A DNA stretch of 64,000 bases from Hemiscyllium ocellatum. Taxonomy: Eukaryota. How positions within the stretch are numbered: position 1 is the stretch's first letter; every line of letters starts with the position of its first letter. Below the pieces are notes generated by a model. The model searched no databases. It was given only the letters and a program-made list of their open reading frames with translations, and was not told the DNA's origin. Position numbers and translations under genes: made by a program. The stretch spans positions 89,868,484-89,932,483 of the forward strand of contig NC_083408.1 of the NCBI RefSeq assembly GCF_020745735.1, in the 5' to 3' direction. Of this stretch, positions 12,700-25,199 are shown one piece after another.

Positions 12700-13405
12700 A
12701 TTGCATCCTCATGAAACCAACTATTTCCCGTTCATTCAAAGAATGTGGGCATTTATTTCCCATCCTTCAATGCCTTGAGAAAGTGGAGGCAAGCTGACTT
12801 GTTTGGTTGCAGTACATTTTTTTTAGGTGGTCGCACAGTGCAGTTAGGGAGAAAATTCCAGAATTTTGACTCCGTGACACTTAAGGAATTGCAATATATT
12901 TCTAAGTTAGGGATACTTACAGTTGGTGGTTATCTGCTGGGTGGATGCTTGGAAGGTGCTGTCTAAAGAGCCTTTTGAATTTTTTTGTGTACCTTCTACA
13001 TACTTCACACTGCTACTATTGTGAATCAATATTTTAATTCTGTTACCAGTCAGTTCACTGTTGCCCCAAATAATGTAAAACTGCACCCATCCAAAGAAGT
13101 GAGAAGTATTTTCCATTGCATTCCTGACTTGTGCTATGTGAGTGAGGTGGTGAGGTAAGTTACTCACTGCAGGATTCCCACCCTCTGTCTTTACCTGTAG
13201 CCAATGTATTTGCAAAGATAATTGAGTTTTGGCCAATGGTAACTCCCAGGATGTTGATAGTTGGGTATTCTGTGATAAAAATGACTTTAAATGCCAACGG
13301 TCAATGGTTAGGGTCTCTCGTTGTAGCTGGTCATTGTCTGGTACTTGTGTGGTATGAATATTACTTGCCACTTGTCAGCTGAAGCCTAGCTAGTGTCCAG
13401 GCATT
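12700..13405 (-). mobile_element. Old LINE 3' fragment (family of 1800-3000)
   Basis: Reverse complement matches 2470-2990 (gctgacaagtggcaagtaatattc..., gcaccttccaagc). Confidence 0.6.
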
Positions 13406-13629
13406 TGGAAATTGACAACAAAAAAAGATTTTTAAGAAAAACAATACACATTTTTAGATATGTCATGATTAATTTGTAGCACTTTGCCTGAGTTAGAAGG
13501 TTGTGATTTCATGTCCAATTCCAATTACCTGAACATAAAATCTAGACGCACACTCTAGTGCTACATGAATAAAATGGTAAACTTGGTTAGAATAGTTTGA
13601 AAAGCAGGATCAAGCAGTTGAATGGTTGA

Positions 13630-14592
13630 TACTTTCGTCATTTATATAAATGATTTCAGTGTGAACATAGGAGGAATAGTTAGTAAGTTTGCAGATGGCA
13701 TCAAAATTGGAGGTGTAGTGGACAACGAAGGTTACCTCAGATTACAATGGGATCTTGATCAGATGGGCCAGTGGGCTGAGGAGTGGCAGATGGAGTTTAA
13801 TTTAGATAAATGTGAGGTGCTGCATTTTGGAAAAGCAAATCAGAGCAAAACTTATACACTTACTGGTCCTGGGGAGTGTTGCTGGACAAAAAGACCTTGG
13901 AGTGCAGGTTCATAGTTCCTTGAAAGTAGAGTTGTAGGTAGATTGGATAGTGAAGGAGGCATTTGGTATGCTTTCCTTTATTGGTCAGAGCATTGAGTAT
14001 AGGAGTTGGGTGGTCACATTGCGGCTGTATAGGACATTGGTTAGGACACCTTTGGAATACTGCATGCAATTCTGGTCTTCCTATTGGAAAGACCTTGTGA
14101 TATTTGAAAAGGTTCAGAAATGATTTACAAGGATGTTGCCAGGGTTAGAGGATTTCAGCTATAGGGAGAGGCTGAATAGGTTGGAGCCGTTTTCTCTGGA
14201 GCATCAGAGGTTGAGGGGTAATCTTAGAGGTGTATAAAATCATGAGGGGCATGGATAAGTAGTCAAGGTCTTTTTCCTGGGGTGTGGGAATCCGGAACTA
14301 GAGGGCATAGATTTAGGGTGAGAGGGGAAAAGATATAAAAAGGACTTAAGAGGCAAGTTTTTCACACAGAGGGTACTGCATGTATGGAACAAGCTGCCAG
14401 AGGAAGTGGTGGTGAGGCTGATATAATACAACATTTAAAAGGCATCTGGATGGGTATATGAATAGGAAAGGTTTATAGGGATATGGGCCAAGTGCTGGCA
14501 AATGGGACTGCATTAGGCTAGGATATCTGGTCGGCATGAACGAGTTGGACCGAAGGGTCTGTTTCCATGCTGTACATTTCCTATGACTCTAG
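13630..14592 (+). mobile_element. 5'-truncated CR1 LINE (RT C-terminus + 3' UTR), nested in an older SINE remnant (~13470-14720)
   Basis: FVIYINDF..SKFADGIK..WAEEWQMEFNLDKCEVLHFG; ends gaccgaagggtctgtttccatgctgtaca..ctatgactcta. Confidence 0.9.
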
Positions 14593-15261
14593 ATTTCTTC
14601 CTTTATTTGTGTGAAAAGCAGGGATATTTCTTCATAACCTAGCTATGTTTATCACATAACCTACATCAATAAAACCAAAATCTGTCATTATCACATTGCT
14701 GTTTGTGGAACTTTCAAATTTAAGACAATGATTTTCAGAGTGGGGTTTGTGGAGAATTAATAGGTAAACCATGAAACAATCTCTGAAATGAATATATAGT
14801 CAACGTTCAGTCCACATAAACAGAAGATGACCCCTGTTGAATACTGGCCTTCTTCACAGTGATGGGTACCTCAGACTGCCATGATTTTCAGCATATCTCA
14901 AAATTTACTTATGAAGGGAGAGGATGAAAAGGAAGGTGGGAAATTAGCAGATGCATGAACATGATACCACGGTGCATTCAATTCGGATGCATAGATAGAT
15001 AGTGTGCCATTATATTCACCATCTGCTGAGTATTTCCAGCATCTTCTATTGTCATTTCAAATTAAGTTGTTCGAATACTTGCCAACAATCTTGTTAAGCA
15101 ATTAAACTACTGAAATACTACAGTTCCACACCAGGATTTACAACATCAATCAGGTTCAGTAGGATTATCAAAAGTTCAAAATGTTACTTACTTAACATTT
15201 TATAACTTTAAAATTGTAAATATTGAAAGAAAAGGTTCAAATGAAAATAAATACAACAAGT

Positions 15262-15267
15262 TTTATT
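15262..15267 (-). terminator. Candidate NDUFB1 polyadenylation signal AATAAA
   Basis: First minus-strand AATAAA ~310 nt after the NDUFB1 stop codon, followed by U/GU-rich sequence (CTTGTTGTATTTATTTT). Confidence 0.55.
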
Positions 15268-15573
15268 AGGTCTGCCACCCCATTTACATATATTCAGGTT
15301 AATGAAACAAATAATGAAGTATTTGCTGTTCATTTTTAAACTTTACATCAGTGATATAAAGGGGACAATCTTGGGCAAATTTTAGAATTTAAACCAATTT
15401 TCTGTTACACAAAGATAAGATGATTGAGATTGGTGAAAATGTCAGAACAAAGCAGCATTATTGAAATGAACTGTCACTGGATCCCTAATTGAAGATTCAA
15501 GACTTGTAAAACGGCATTTGGGCTGATTTTTGTGTGCAACAGTTGCTTGTTTCTCAGTATAGCTTTTAGCTCT

Positions 15574-15610
15574 TCACTTCCACGTTGTTTCTTCACCTGG
15601 TTTCAGTTCC
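15574..15610 (-). CDS. NDUFB1: NADH dehydrogenase (ubiquinone) 1 beta subcomplex subunit 1, last coding exon ((R)ELKPGEETTWK*)
   Basis: ttccttttag|G GAA CTG AAA CCA GGT GAA GAA ACA ACG TGG AAG TGA; phase matches the upstream exon (CG|G); C-terminus resembles the NDUFB1 RELxPxEExTWK ending. Confidence 0.93.
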
Positions 15611-15661
15611 CTAAAAGGAATGATAGTGTGATTTATTAAAATGTACAACACTTCAATTCGG

Positions 15662-15875
15662 ATTCTTGTGGTGAAGTAATAATGTCCCTATCTTTGAGCA
15701 TGAAGGCCTAGGTTCAAGTCCCAACAGCTTCAGAGGTGTGTCATAACATGTCTGAACATGTTGACTGTGGTACTCTGGTAGTATCCTTTCTAATGAGCCA
15801 GGAGGCCTAGATTCAAGTCCCACATGTTCCATAATATTGTCATAACACATCTGAACAGGTTGATTAAAAATATCT
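15662..15875 (+). mobile_element. Head-to-tail dimer of a short tRNA-derived SINE
   Basis: Two ~105-bp units tgtggt..ggcctag(g/a)ttcaagtccca..gtcataaca..tctgaaca.gttga with B-box-like GGTTCAAGTCC; a monomer lies on the minus strand at ~32675-32775. Confidence 0.7.
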
Positions 15876-16386
15876 ATAGCTATTCAACTACAGTAGTACC
15901 TAACTAGATATTCAATTTTATCACAATCTTTCTTCACTATTCAATTAAAGCAGTAATTCATTCATAGCTTTTGAGTCAAATATTCTGATTCCAGAAAACA
16001 TTGCAGCTGCAGACTGGCAATTTATATCCAATATTTCCACATGCAATATCATCATACAGTTTATAAATGTTGAGATTACCTTCCAAATGCTTTTAACAAG
16101 TCACTTTCCCCTTCTCTTAAACTGTAGGAAAAACCCCTGTACTCCGTCCAATACTGATTAGTTTGAAAGAGAGAGACTAATATGGTAAAGAGACAAAAGT
16201 GTGATCCCCCACTTCCAAATAAGCATATATGCAATCCTGAAATCAAATCCATAGCTCATGGTCGTATCTCCAAACGCCAAAGAAATAAGAAAATCACAGA
16301 AGCAGCACGATGAAGTATATGAAAAACCTGAAATGATCGAGCTGGAATACAGTAATGTAGACATGATTGAATACTGTTTTAAAATA

Positions 16387-16849
16387 AAGTTAAAAATCAC
16401 AACACCAGGTTATAGTCCAACAGATTTAATTGAAAGCACACTAGTTTTCGAAGCGACACTCCTTCATCAGGTGGTAGTGGAGGGCTCAATCCTAACACAC
16501 AGAATTTATAGCAAAAATTTACAGTGTGATGTAACTGAAATTATACATGGAAAAACTGATTGTTAAGCCTTTAATCAGTTAGAATACAGTGATAGTTTCA
16601 CTTCTTTCGTGTGTAAATCACAAAACTTTTTTTTTTAAAAAGTTGCATTCTTTCTATGTATAATTTCAGTTACATCACACTGTAATTTTTGCTATAAATT
16701 CTGTGTGTTAGCCCTCCACTACCACCTGATGAAGGAGCATCGCTCTGAAAGCTAGTGTGCTTCCAATTAAACCTGTTGGACTATAACCTGGTGTTGTGTG
16801 ATTTTTAACTTTGTACACCCCAGTCCAACACCGGCATCTCCAAATCATG
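16387..16849 (+). mobile_element. PLE-derived fold-back element, family B, with 14-bp TSD
   Basis: Long inverted arms 16387-16550 / 16655-16812; TSD ACTGTTTTAAAATA at 16373-16386 and 16850-16863. Confidence 0.85.
16723..16757 (+). ncRNA. Minimal type I hammerhead ribozyme motif (PLE type)
   Basis: CAC-CTGATGA-A-GGAGC-ATC-GCTCT-GAA-AGCT-A-GTG: stem I CAC/GTG, complete core, stem II, palindromic AGCT stem III, CUA triplet. Confidence 0.7.
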
Positions 16850-17054
16850 ACTGTTTTAAAATAGCGTCTCTGCATTTATACATCATGATCCTATCTTTGC
16901 CATCCAACATCTTATTTGCTTTGTTTTATGTAACCTGGATATATTTTGTTTTATCGACATCATCACTAAAACCCCAAGATTTCTTTCCTGTTTCAAGGCT
17001 TCAACAACATTCCCATTTAGTATCCATAGGATGTTGAGGTTTTAGTTAAGAATA

Positions 17055-18925
17055 AAAAAGGAAGCACGTGTCCAGTATAGCCAATGGAGATCGACTGAAT
17101 CCTTAAGAGTATAAAGGCAGTAGAAGTATACATAAGATGGAAATCAGGACGGCAGAAATGGGACATTAATTACCTTTGGCAAATAGGGTTAAGGAGAATC
17201 CAAAGGGATTTTATAAATACATTAGGACAAGAAAGGTAACTAGAGAGAGAATAGAACCTTTCAAAGATCAGCAAGGCAACCTATGTCTGGGACCGGAGGA
17301 CATGGGGGAGATACTAAACAATTATTTTACATCACTGTTTACTGTGGAAAAGGACATGGAAGATATAGAATGTGGGGAAATAGCTAGTGACATCTTGAAA
17401 AATGTCCATGTTACAGAGGAGATGGTGCTGGATGTCTTAAAACACAAAGGGGGATAAATCCCCAGGACCTGATCAGATGTACCCTAAAACTGTGAGAAGC
17501 TAGGGAGTTTCCTGCTTGCTGAGATATCTGGATCATCAATAGTCACAGATGAGGTGCTGGAAGACTGGATGTTGGCTAACAAGGTGCCACTATTAAAGAA
17601 AGGTGATAAGAAAAAGTCAGAACTATAGACTGATGAGACTGACGAGACTGATATCAGTGGTGGGCAAGTTGTTGAAGGAAATCCTGAGGGATAGGCTTTA
17701 CATGTATTTAGATAGATAAGAATTGATTAGGATAGTCAACGTGCAAAGGAAATCATATGAACTTGATTGAGTGTTTTGAAGAAGTAACAAGGAGGGTTGG
17801 CGAGGACAGTGGTGGGTGTGATCTAAATGGACCTCTGTAAGGCATTTGACTAGTTTTCCCATGGTAGACTGGTTAGCAAGGTTAGATCACATGGAATACT
17901 AACTATTTGGATACAGAACTGGCTCTAAGGTAGAAGACAGAGGGTGGCTGTGGAGTGTTGCTTTTCAGAGTGGAGGCCTGTAGCCAGTGGTGTGCCACAA
18001 GGATCAATGCTGGGTCGATGCTTTTTGTCATTTACATAAATGATTTGGATGTGAATATAGGAGGTACAGTTAGTAAGTTTGCGGATGAGACCAAAACTGA
18101 AGGCGTAGTGGACAGCAAAGAAGGTTACCTCGGAGTACAACAGGATCTTGATCAGATGAGCCAATGGGCCAAGGAGCGGCGGATGAAGTTTAATTTAGAT
18201 AAATGGGAGGTGCTGCGTTTTAGAAAAGTAAATCAGGGCCAAACTTGTATACTTAACAGTGTTGCTGAACAAAGAGACCTTGGAGTGCAGGTTCATATTT
18301 CACTGAAAATGGAGTCGCAGGTAGATAGCATAGTGAAGAAGCTGTTTGGTATGCTTTCCTTTATTGGTCACAGAATGGAAATTGGGAGGTCATCTTGCAG
18401 CTGTACAGGACATTGGTTAGGCCACTTTTGGTCTCCCTGCTATAGGAAGGGTATTGTGAAACCTGAAAGGGTTCAGAAAAGATTTATGAGGATGTTGTCA
18501 GGGTTAGAAGGTTTGAGCTTAAGGGAGAGGCTGAATAGGCTGGGGCTGCTTTCCCTGGAGCATCAGAGGCTGAGGTTGATAAGACCATGAGGGGCATGGA
18601 TAGGATAAGTAGACAAGGTCTGTGGGAGTTCAAAACTAGAGGGCTTGGGTTTAGGGTGAGAGGGGAAAGATTTAAAAGGGACCTAAGGGGCACCTTTTTC
18701 ATGCAGAGGGTGGTACCTGTATGGAATGAACTGCCGGAAGAAGTGGTGGAGATTGGTACAATTACAACATTTAAAAGGCAACTGGATGTATGTATGAACA
18801 GGAACTGTTTGGAAGGATATGGGCCAAGTGCTGGGAAATGGGACTAGATTAATTTCGGATATCTGGTCAGCATGGATGAGTTGGACTGAAGGGTTTGTTT
18901 CAGTGCTGTACATCTCTATGACTGT
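17055..18925 (+). mobile_element. 5'-truncated, frameshifted CR1 LINE ORF2
   Basis: KENPKGFYKYI; FVIYINDLD..SKFADETK; RVQKRFMRML; typical 3' tail. Confidence 0.92.
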
Positions 18926-20514
18926 GACCAGAACTGTCAAAATTAAAATCTTACATTTCCCTGTGTTAAATTACATCTGCCACAGTGCCAATGATTCAGC
19001 TGATAAAGATCCTTTTGAATTTGTACACACAACTATTCATCTTTGGACACTGCTTGTCTGAAAGGCTACATTCTCAAGGTTACCATCAAGAACTGTTTAC
19101 AATTGGTCATTGTTTTATATATATCCTCTGTGGTGCTAGAATTACTTAAGCTAGGAAGGAGGGCAATCAATTTAGAATTGGAAAGTTGCTGAAGTAAATA
19201 GACAGAAAGAAAAGCATTTAGGAAAATGGGAAGCTGCAGAAGAAAAAGAAAACTAGGAACAGGAAAGAGAGCAAGCATTAATTTTGATAAATCAAAATAA
19301 ATAAATAGAAGTTTACTGTGAGAGGCTAACTGGCATCTTGAAACAAACATGTTACTGGAAAATACATACCTAATCACATATTTCACATTGGTATTGTCAT
19401 CTTAGACAATGGCAGATTGCAATTTCCCAATAAATATTGTTCATGTAAGAAAGGCACAAATGTTGGATATTCATCTTCCAGAAGTGTAAGTAGTAATCCA
19501 AGATCCTTTCTAACAGAGCATCAAAATACCAAAATAGCTACATCCAGTTTCAAAGATTTGGGATAAACAAAATATTATAAATATTGAAGTTTAGTGAACT
19601 ATTCAAATAATGGTGGTTGAGTTCATGACTGAAGTGGGAGCATAAGAATTAAGCAAGAATTTACAATTACACACCACCTTGAACATAATAGAACATCTCA
19701 AAGTGTGTTACAGAGTATTATCAAATACGATATAAACAGGTAGCTTTCAAAAATATTGATGCAAAATAGAGATGTGGGGAGGCAGTGAGGTTTCTAGATG
19801 GAATTTCAGAGTTTGAAGCCTCAACTGCTGTAGACACAGTCATCAATGATGTGGCAATTAAAATCAGGAATGCTAAAGAAGCCATACTTAGAAGAACGCA
19901 TATCGTGGAGATAAGAGATGAGAATTTTAATACTGAGAAGTTACTTATTGGGGAAAGTAATAGGTCCAAGAATAGAATTATTTCAGAATGCTTTTGAATT
20001 TCCAAAAAGTGTTTGATAAGGAACCACAATTAGGCTCCTTAATACAATGAGAATATAACATGGCAAAACATTAGGTTATGCACTTTGACAGGAAGAATAG
20101 AGAAGCTAAACATAATTTAGATAGTGAAAGACTGAAGAAAGCTATGAGAGGGATTTGGACATCCTTATATTTAAGTCACAAAAAGTTAGCGAAGTTCAGC
20201 AGGTAATAGGGAAGGCAAATTCAGTGTTTGCCTTCATTCCAAAGGGAATTAAGAGTAGAACAGGGACGTCTTGCGCTTGTATACTGCCTATACAAGGCAC
20301 TAATTAGACTACAGCTGGGTTACTATGAACAGTTCTGGGCCCCATTATCTACGGAACAATATAGTAGCATTGGAGGCAGTCTAAACTGACTTTACTAGGC
20401 TGATCCCAGGTATGGAGGAACTGTCTTGTGATAGGTTGAGCAAGCTGGGCCTGAACTCATTGTAATTTAGAAGAACATGAAGCAATCTTATCACAACATA
20501 TAAGACTCTTAGAC

Positions 20515-21395
20515 AAAATTAGAGATGTGGTGGACAGCAAAGAGGTTTACTTCAGATTACAACAGGATCTTGATCAGATGGGCCAATGGGCTGAGAAGTG
20601 GCAGATGGAGTTTAATTCAGATAAATGCGAGGTGCTGCATTTTGGGAAAGCAAATCTTAGCAGGACTTAATGGTAAGGTCCAAGGAGTGTTGCTGAACAA
20701 AGAGACCTTGGAGTGCAGGTTCATAGCTCCTAGAAAGTGGAGTCGCAGGTAGATAGGATAATTAAGAAGGTGTTTGGTATGGTTTCTTTTATTGATCAGA
20801 GTATTGAGTACAGGAGTTGAGAGGTCATGTTGTGGCTGTACAGGACATTGCTTGGAATATTGCATGCAATTCTGGCCTCCTTCCTATCGGAAAGTTGTGA
20901 AGCTTGAAAAGGTTCAGAAAAGATTTACACGGATGTTACCAGGGTTGGAGGATGTGAGCTACAGGTAGAGGCTGAACAGGCTGGGGCTGTTTTCCCTGGA
21001 GTGTCGGAGGCTGAGGGGTGACCTTATAGAGGTTTACAAAATTATGAGGGGCATGGATATGGTAAATAGGCAAAGTCTTTTCCCTGGGGTCAGGGAGTCC
21101 AAAACTAGAGGACACAGGTTTAAGGTGAGAGAGGAAAGATAAAAAAGAGACCTAAGGGTCAACTTTTTCACACAGAGGGTGGTATGGGTGTGGAATGAGC
21201 TGCCAGAAGTAGTGGCGGAGGATGGTACAATTGCATCATTTAAGAGGCATTTGGATGGTTATATGAATAGGAAAGGTTTGGAGGGATAGGGCCAGGTGCT
21301 GGCAGGTGGGACTAGATTGGGTTGGGATATCTGGTCGGCATAGACGGGTTGGACCGAAGGGTCTGTTTCCATGCTGTACATCTCTATGACTCTAT
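20515..21395 (+). mobile_element. 5'-truncated CR1 LINE
   Basis: QWAEKWQMEFN.DKCEVLHFG; EKVQKRFTRMLPG; tail ctgtacatctctatgactcta. Confidence 0.9.
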
Positions 21396-21539
21396 AACTT
21401 GACAGGGTAAATACAGAAAGGTTGTTTCTCCCTGTGGGAGAATCTAGGACCAGAGGGGATAATCTCAAAATAAGGGGTTGCTCATTTAAGATAGATGAGG
21501 AGGAATTTCTTCTCTCAGATGGTAGTGAGTGAATCTATG

Positions 21540-21722
21540 AAACAAACAGAAAATGCAGGAGAAACTCAGCAGATCTGGCAGCATCTGAACAGAGAAACAG
21601 AGTTAAAATTTTATGTCCAATTTGACTTCTTCAGAACTCTGAGGACTGCTCCCAGACCTGCTGAAGTTCTCCAGCATTTTCTGTACTTGTTTCAGATTTT
21701 CAGCATCTGCAGTATTTTAATT
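21540..21722. mobile_element. Older palindromic (probably PLE-derived) element, family D
   Basis: acagaaaatgcaggagaaactcagcagatctggcagca / tgctcccagacctgctgaagttctccagcattttctgt; relatives at ~11870-11965, 30560-30770 and 52925-53120. Confidence 0.6.
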
Positions 21723-22882
21723 TTAATTTGAGTGAATCCGTGGCTTTCTTTCCAACACAGGGCTGTAGAGACTGGGTTATTTCGTATATTTAAGGCTGAG
21801 AGAGACAGAGTTTTAATCAGTAAAGGAATCAAGAGTTATGGGGGGAAGGCAGGAAAGTGGAATTAAGGATTATCAGATTTTCTGTAATCAAGTTGAATGG
21901 CCGAATAGACTCGATGGACCGAATGGCTTTCTTTTGCTCTTATTTCCTGCAGTCTTATGACAAATAGCATTTTATGGAAGTTAAGACATTGGACTGAAGT
22001 TTTGAATGAGCTTAAGTTTATAGAGTGTGTGAAATGAGAGGCTGGCCATGTGTATGCTGGGACAATAAAGTCTAAAGGCAACAAAGGCATGGATGAGAGT
22101 TTCAGCTTATATTCATAGAAAGAAAAAAGCTATTCAGCTCTCATATCGAAATCTCTGCAAGTGGCTGTACAGATAGTAAATTCATTGGTAACCTTCCAAA
22201 ATTCCAGATTCTGTAATGATTCCTGTAGATTAGAAGCTTGCAAATGTGACCCCAATGTTTAAGAAAGGAGCAAAGGGAAGGAAAAAAGCCAACAGGACTG
22301 GGGGGGGGGGGGGGGGGGGGGGGAGGAAATATCAGGGATAAGGAGTTTTTTTGAAAACATCAGATGGTGAATCTTTGGAATTCTCTTCCCCAGAGCACTG
22401 CAAAAATTAGTATATTTAAGGTAAAGTTTGATAAACTTTGATTATCAATGGCATGAAAGGTTATGGGATGGTGTGGACAAAAGTCATTGAAATGGTGGAT
22501 CATGTAGGAGGGCATTAAATGATGGAGCAGGAGCAAATTTTCTCTGAACCCTTTCCAAAATCTTGGATCTCCCTATGTTTAGGATGCAGAATTAGTAATC
22601 TAACTTATGTCTAAACAATCTCTTCCCATCTTTTTTACCCTCAACAGACATTAGAAGGATAATTTTATAAGCCAATAAACATTGTCATTGTTGGCAAATC
22701 ATGGACACCGGAAAAAGTCCTACCTTAGAATAAACAGGTATACATTTTTAAAATTTTTGTTAAAATTTTAAATTACCAACTTAATGATACTTATCAAGAT
22801 TGACAGAGGTTTGTCTTAAAATAAGTAAGAGCCTACCTGTAAATAACACAATATGGAATCAAACTATAAATCTCATACTCAC

Positions 22883-23019
22883 CGTTTATACAATAAACTT
22901 TTGTTTCTGAAAGCAGTAAGTTTGCTATCATTTCTTCTATCAAGATAACATCCCAATACAAATCCCAGAGGAACAAGGATATTTGCCCAATGTTCACGTA
23001 CAATGTTAATGAGACTCAT
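22883..23019 (-). CDS. NDUFB1: NDUFB1 first coding exon ([46 protein letters not shown])
   Basis: Acceptor tttctttcctcag|TATAATG (exon starts 23023); donor CG|GTGAGT; [21 protein letters not shown] is the NDUFB1 signature; total protein 57 aa. Confidence 0.96.
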
Positions 23020-23165
23020 TATACTGAGGAAAGAAAAACAAAAAAACTCAAATGTACAAGCCAAATTCCTGATTAAATGGTGCTGCATTCCTATCTGCAT
23101 ATCATGCACATCTCATATCTAAAACTCCTACGTAAGTATCATGACTACCCATTTATTTTGGCATG

Positions 23166-23351
23166 AAGAGTATGGTGCTGGAAATGCACAGCAGGTCAGG
23201 CAACATCCAAGGAACAGGAGAAGATTCCTGATGAAGGGCTTATGCCTGAAACGTCGATTCTCCTGCTCTTCAGATGCTGCCAGACCTGCTGTGCTTTTCC
23301 AGCACACAGTCTCAACTCTGATCTCCAGCATTTGCAGTCCTCACATTCTCC
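23166..23351 (+). mobile_element. PLE-derived fold-back element, family A, with hammerhead motif at 23222-23261
   Basis: Arms gtgctggaaatgcacagcaggtcaggcaacatc / gatgctgccagacctgctgtgcttttccagcac; CTGATGA-A-GGGC-TTAT-GCCT-GAA-ACGT-C-GATTC. Confidence 0.8.
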
Positions 23352-23996
23352 ATTCAGTTTGGCCATTTATCGGCTCTGAGTTTAATAGAAGCATATCTAT
23401 GATTTTTTAGTTCAAATAAACACATGACATGAGCCCTAGATGTGCATATGTTTTTGAATTGTCTGAAGGAGGTATTAAATTACAATTAATGTGAGAAATG
23501 GCTGTACCAAGATGGCAACATATCCATGAGCTGAAAGAACAGTTAATCTGTCTTTTAATGAGTTCCAGTGCAAAAAGAATTATAGAAGAACTGCTAGGTT
23601 TCCTCACGTAAAGAATTTTAATGAATACCACATACTTCTTGTTACATTGTGAACTCAAATATTAATTTGTTTTTTTAGGAACTTTAGCTTTTTGGCATAT
23701 TGGCTTGGCAGCCAAGTATTTCAACTGATGGAATGACAGTGCTGTCAATATTCTAACTAATTACACAGTTTATTTGTTCAAAATATTATCAACTAGTCAC
23801 ATATTGGACAGTCAATTTGATACAAAATAACTCAATATTCTGATTACTACCTTCAACAGAAATATGCCAGTATTTTGCAAGATTAGTCATAACACTAAAC
23901 AGTTGGCTAGCTCTAATAAATATGTTCCAACATTAAAGTTCACTCGCAAAAGCTCAACAGCAAATAAGAATCACCATTCAAATGGTAAAAAATCTT

Positions 23997-24935
23997 GCAG
24001 AGATGCTGAGTTCACTGCTTTTCGTCATTTACATCAATTATTTGGATGTGAACACAGAAGGTATGGTTAGTAAATTTGCAGATGAGACCAAAATTGGAAG
24101 TGTCGTGAACAGTGAAGAAGGTTATCTTGGAGTACAACAGGACCTTGATCAGATGGGCCAATGAATGGCAGATGGAGTTTAATTTAGACAAATGAGAGGT
24201 GCTGCATTTTGAAAAGGCAAATTGGGCATGATATATACATTTAATAGTAAGGTCCTGGAGAGTGTTGCTGAACAAAGACCTTGGAGTGCAGGTTCATAGT
24301 TCCTTGAAAGTGGAGTCCCAGATAGACAGGTTAGCAAAGTAGGCGTTTGGTATGCTTGCCTTTATTGGTGAGTGCATTGAATTAGGAGGTTATGTTGTAG
24401 CTGTAAGGACATCGGTTAGGCTACTGTTGAAATACTGGATGCAATTCTGGTCTCCTTGATATAGGAAGGATGGACTGAAACTTGAAAAGGTTCAGAAAAG
24501 ATTTACAAGGATGTTGCCAGGATCAGAGGGTTTGAGCTATAGGGAAAGGCTGAAAAGGCTGGGGCTATTTTCCCTGGAATGCCAGAGGCTGAGAGGTCGC
24601 CTTATACAGGTTTATAAAATCATGACGGGCTTCGACAGGGTGAATAGCTAAGGTCTTTTCCCCCAGAGTGGGGGCTTCCAAAAATAGAGGACATAGGTTT
24701 AAGGTGAGAGGAGAAAGATTTAAAAGGGGCAACAGAGGGAGGTGTGTGTATGGAATGAGCTGCCAGAGGTGGTGGAGGCTGGTACAATTCCAACATTTAA
24801 AACGTATCTGGATTGGTATATGAATAGGAAGAATTTAGCAGGATATGGGCCAAATCCTAGCAAATGGAACTAGATTAATTTAGGATATCAGGTAGGAAAG
24901 GACTAGTTGGACCAAAGGGTATTTACATGCTGTTC
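23997..24935 (+). mobile_element. 5'-truncated CR1 LINE
   Basis: LLFVIYINYLD..SKFADETK; CR1 3' region. Confidence 0.9.
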
Positions 24936-25199
24936 AGCTTGGAAACAGACCCTTCGGTCCAACTCATCCATTCAAACCTGTTACAGTCCTCACATAAAAA
25001 TATTTGTTTCTCTCATTTTAGCTTTCTCCTCTTCCTGCATTAGCTTACTACTCATCCTTCTTTCTGTGTGGAGGCACTGAGAGTTCTTCTCAAAAATCAC
25101 AGGCACTGCGGATATCTAGGCTTGGGTCATTCAGAAAATAAAGTGCAGAGAGAAGAAAAGACTGACTTGATCCATAAGACCACATCTCAGTACATGATA

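Larger units (their letters stand above)
20060..21960 (+). mobile_element. Older CR1 3' region, split by a younger CR1 (20515-21395) and a fold-back element (21540-21722)
   Basis: The CR1-like sequence breaks at taagactctt (20510) and resumes at cttgacagggtaaat (21398). Confidence 0.65.

Noticed and set aside
23020-23109. N-terminal extension of NDUFB1 in the ORF track (MHDMQ...)
   Set aside because: It reads through the polypyrimidine tract and the acceptor at 23024, so it is intronic
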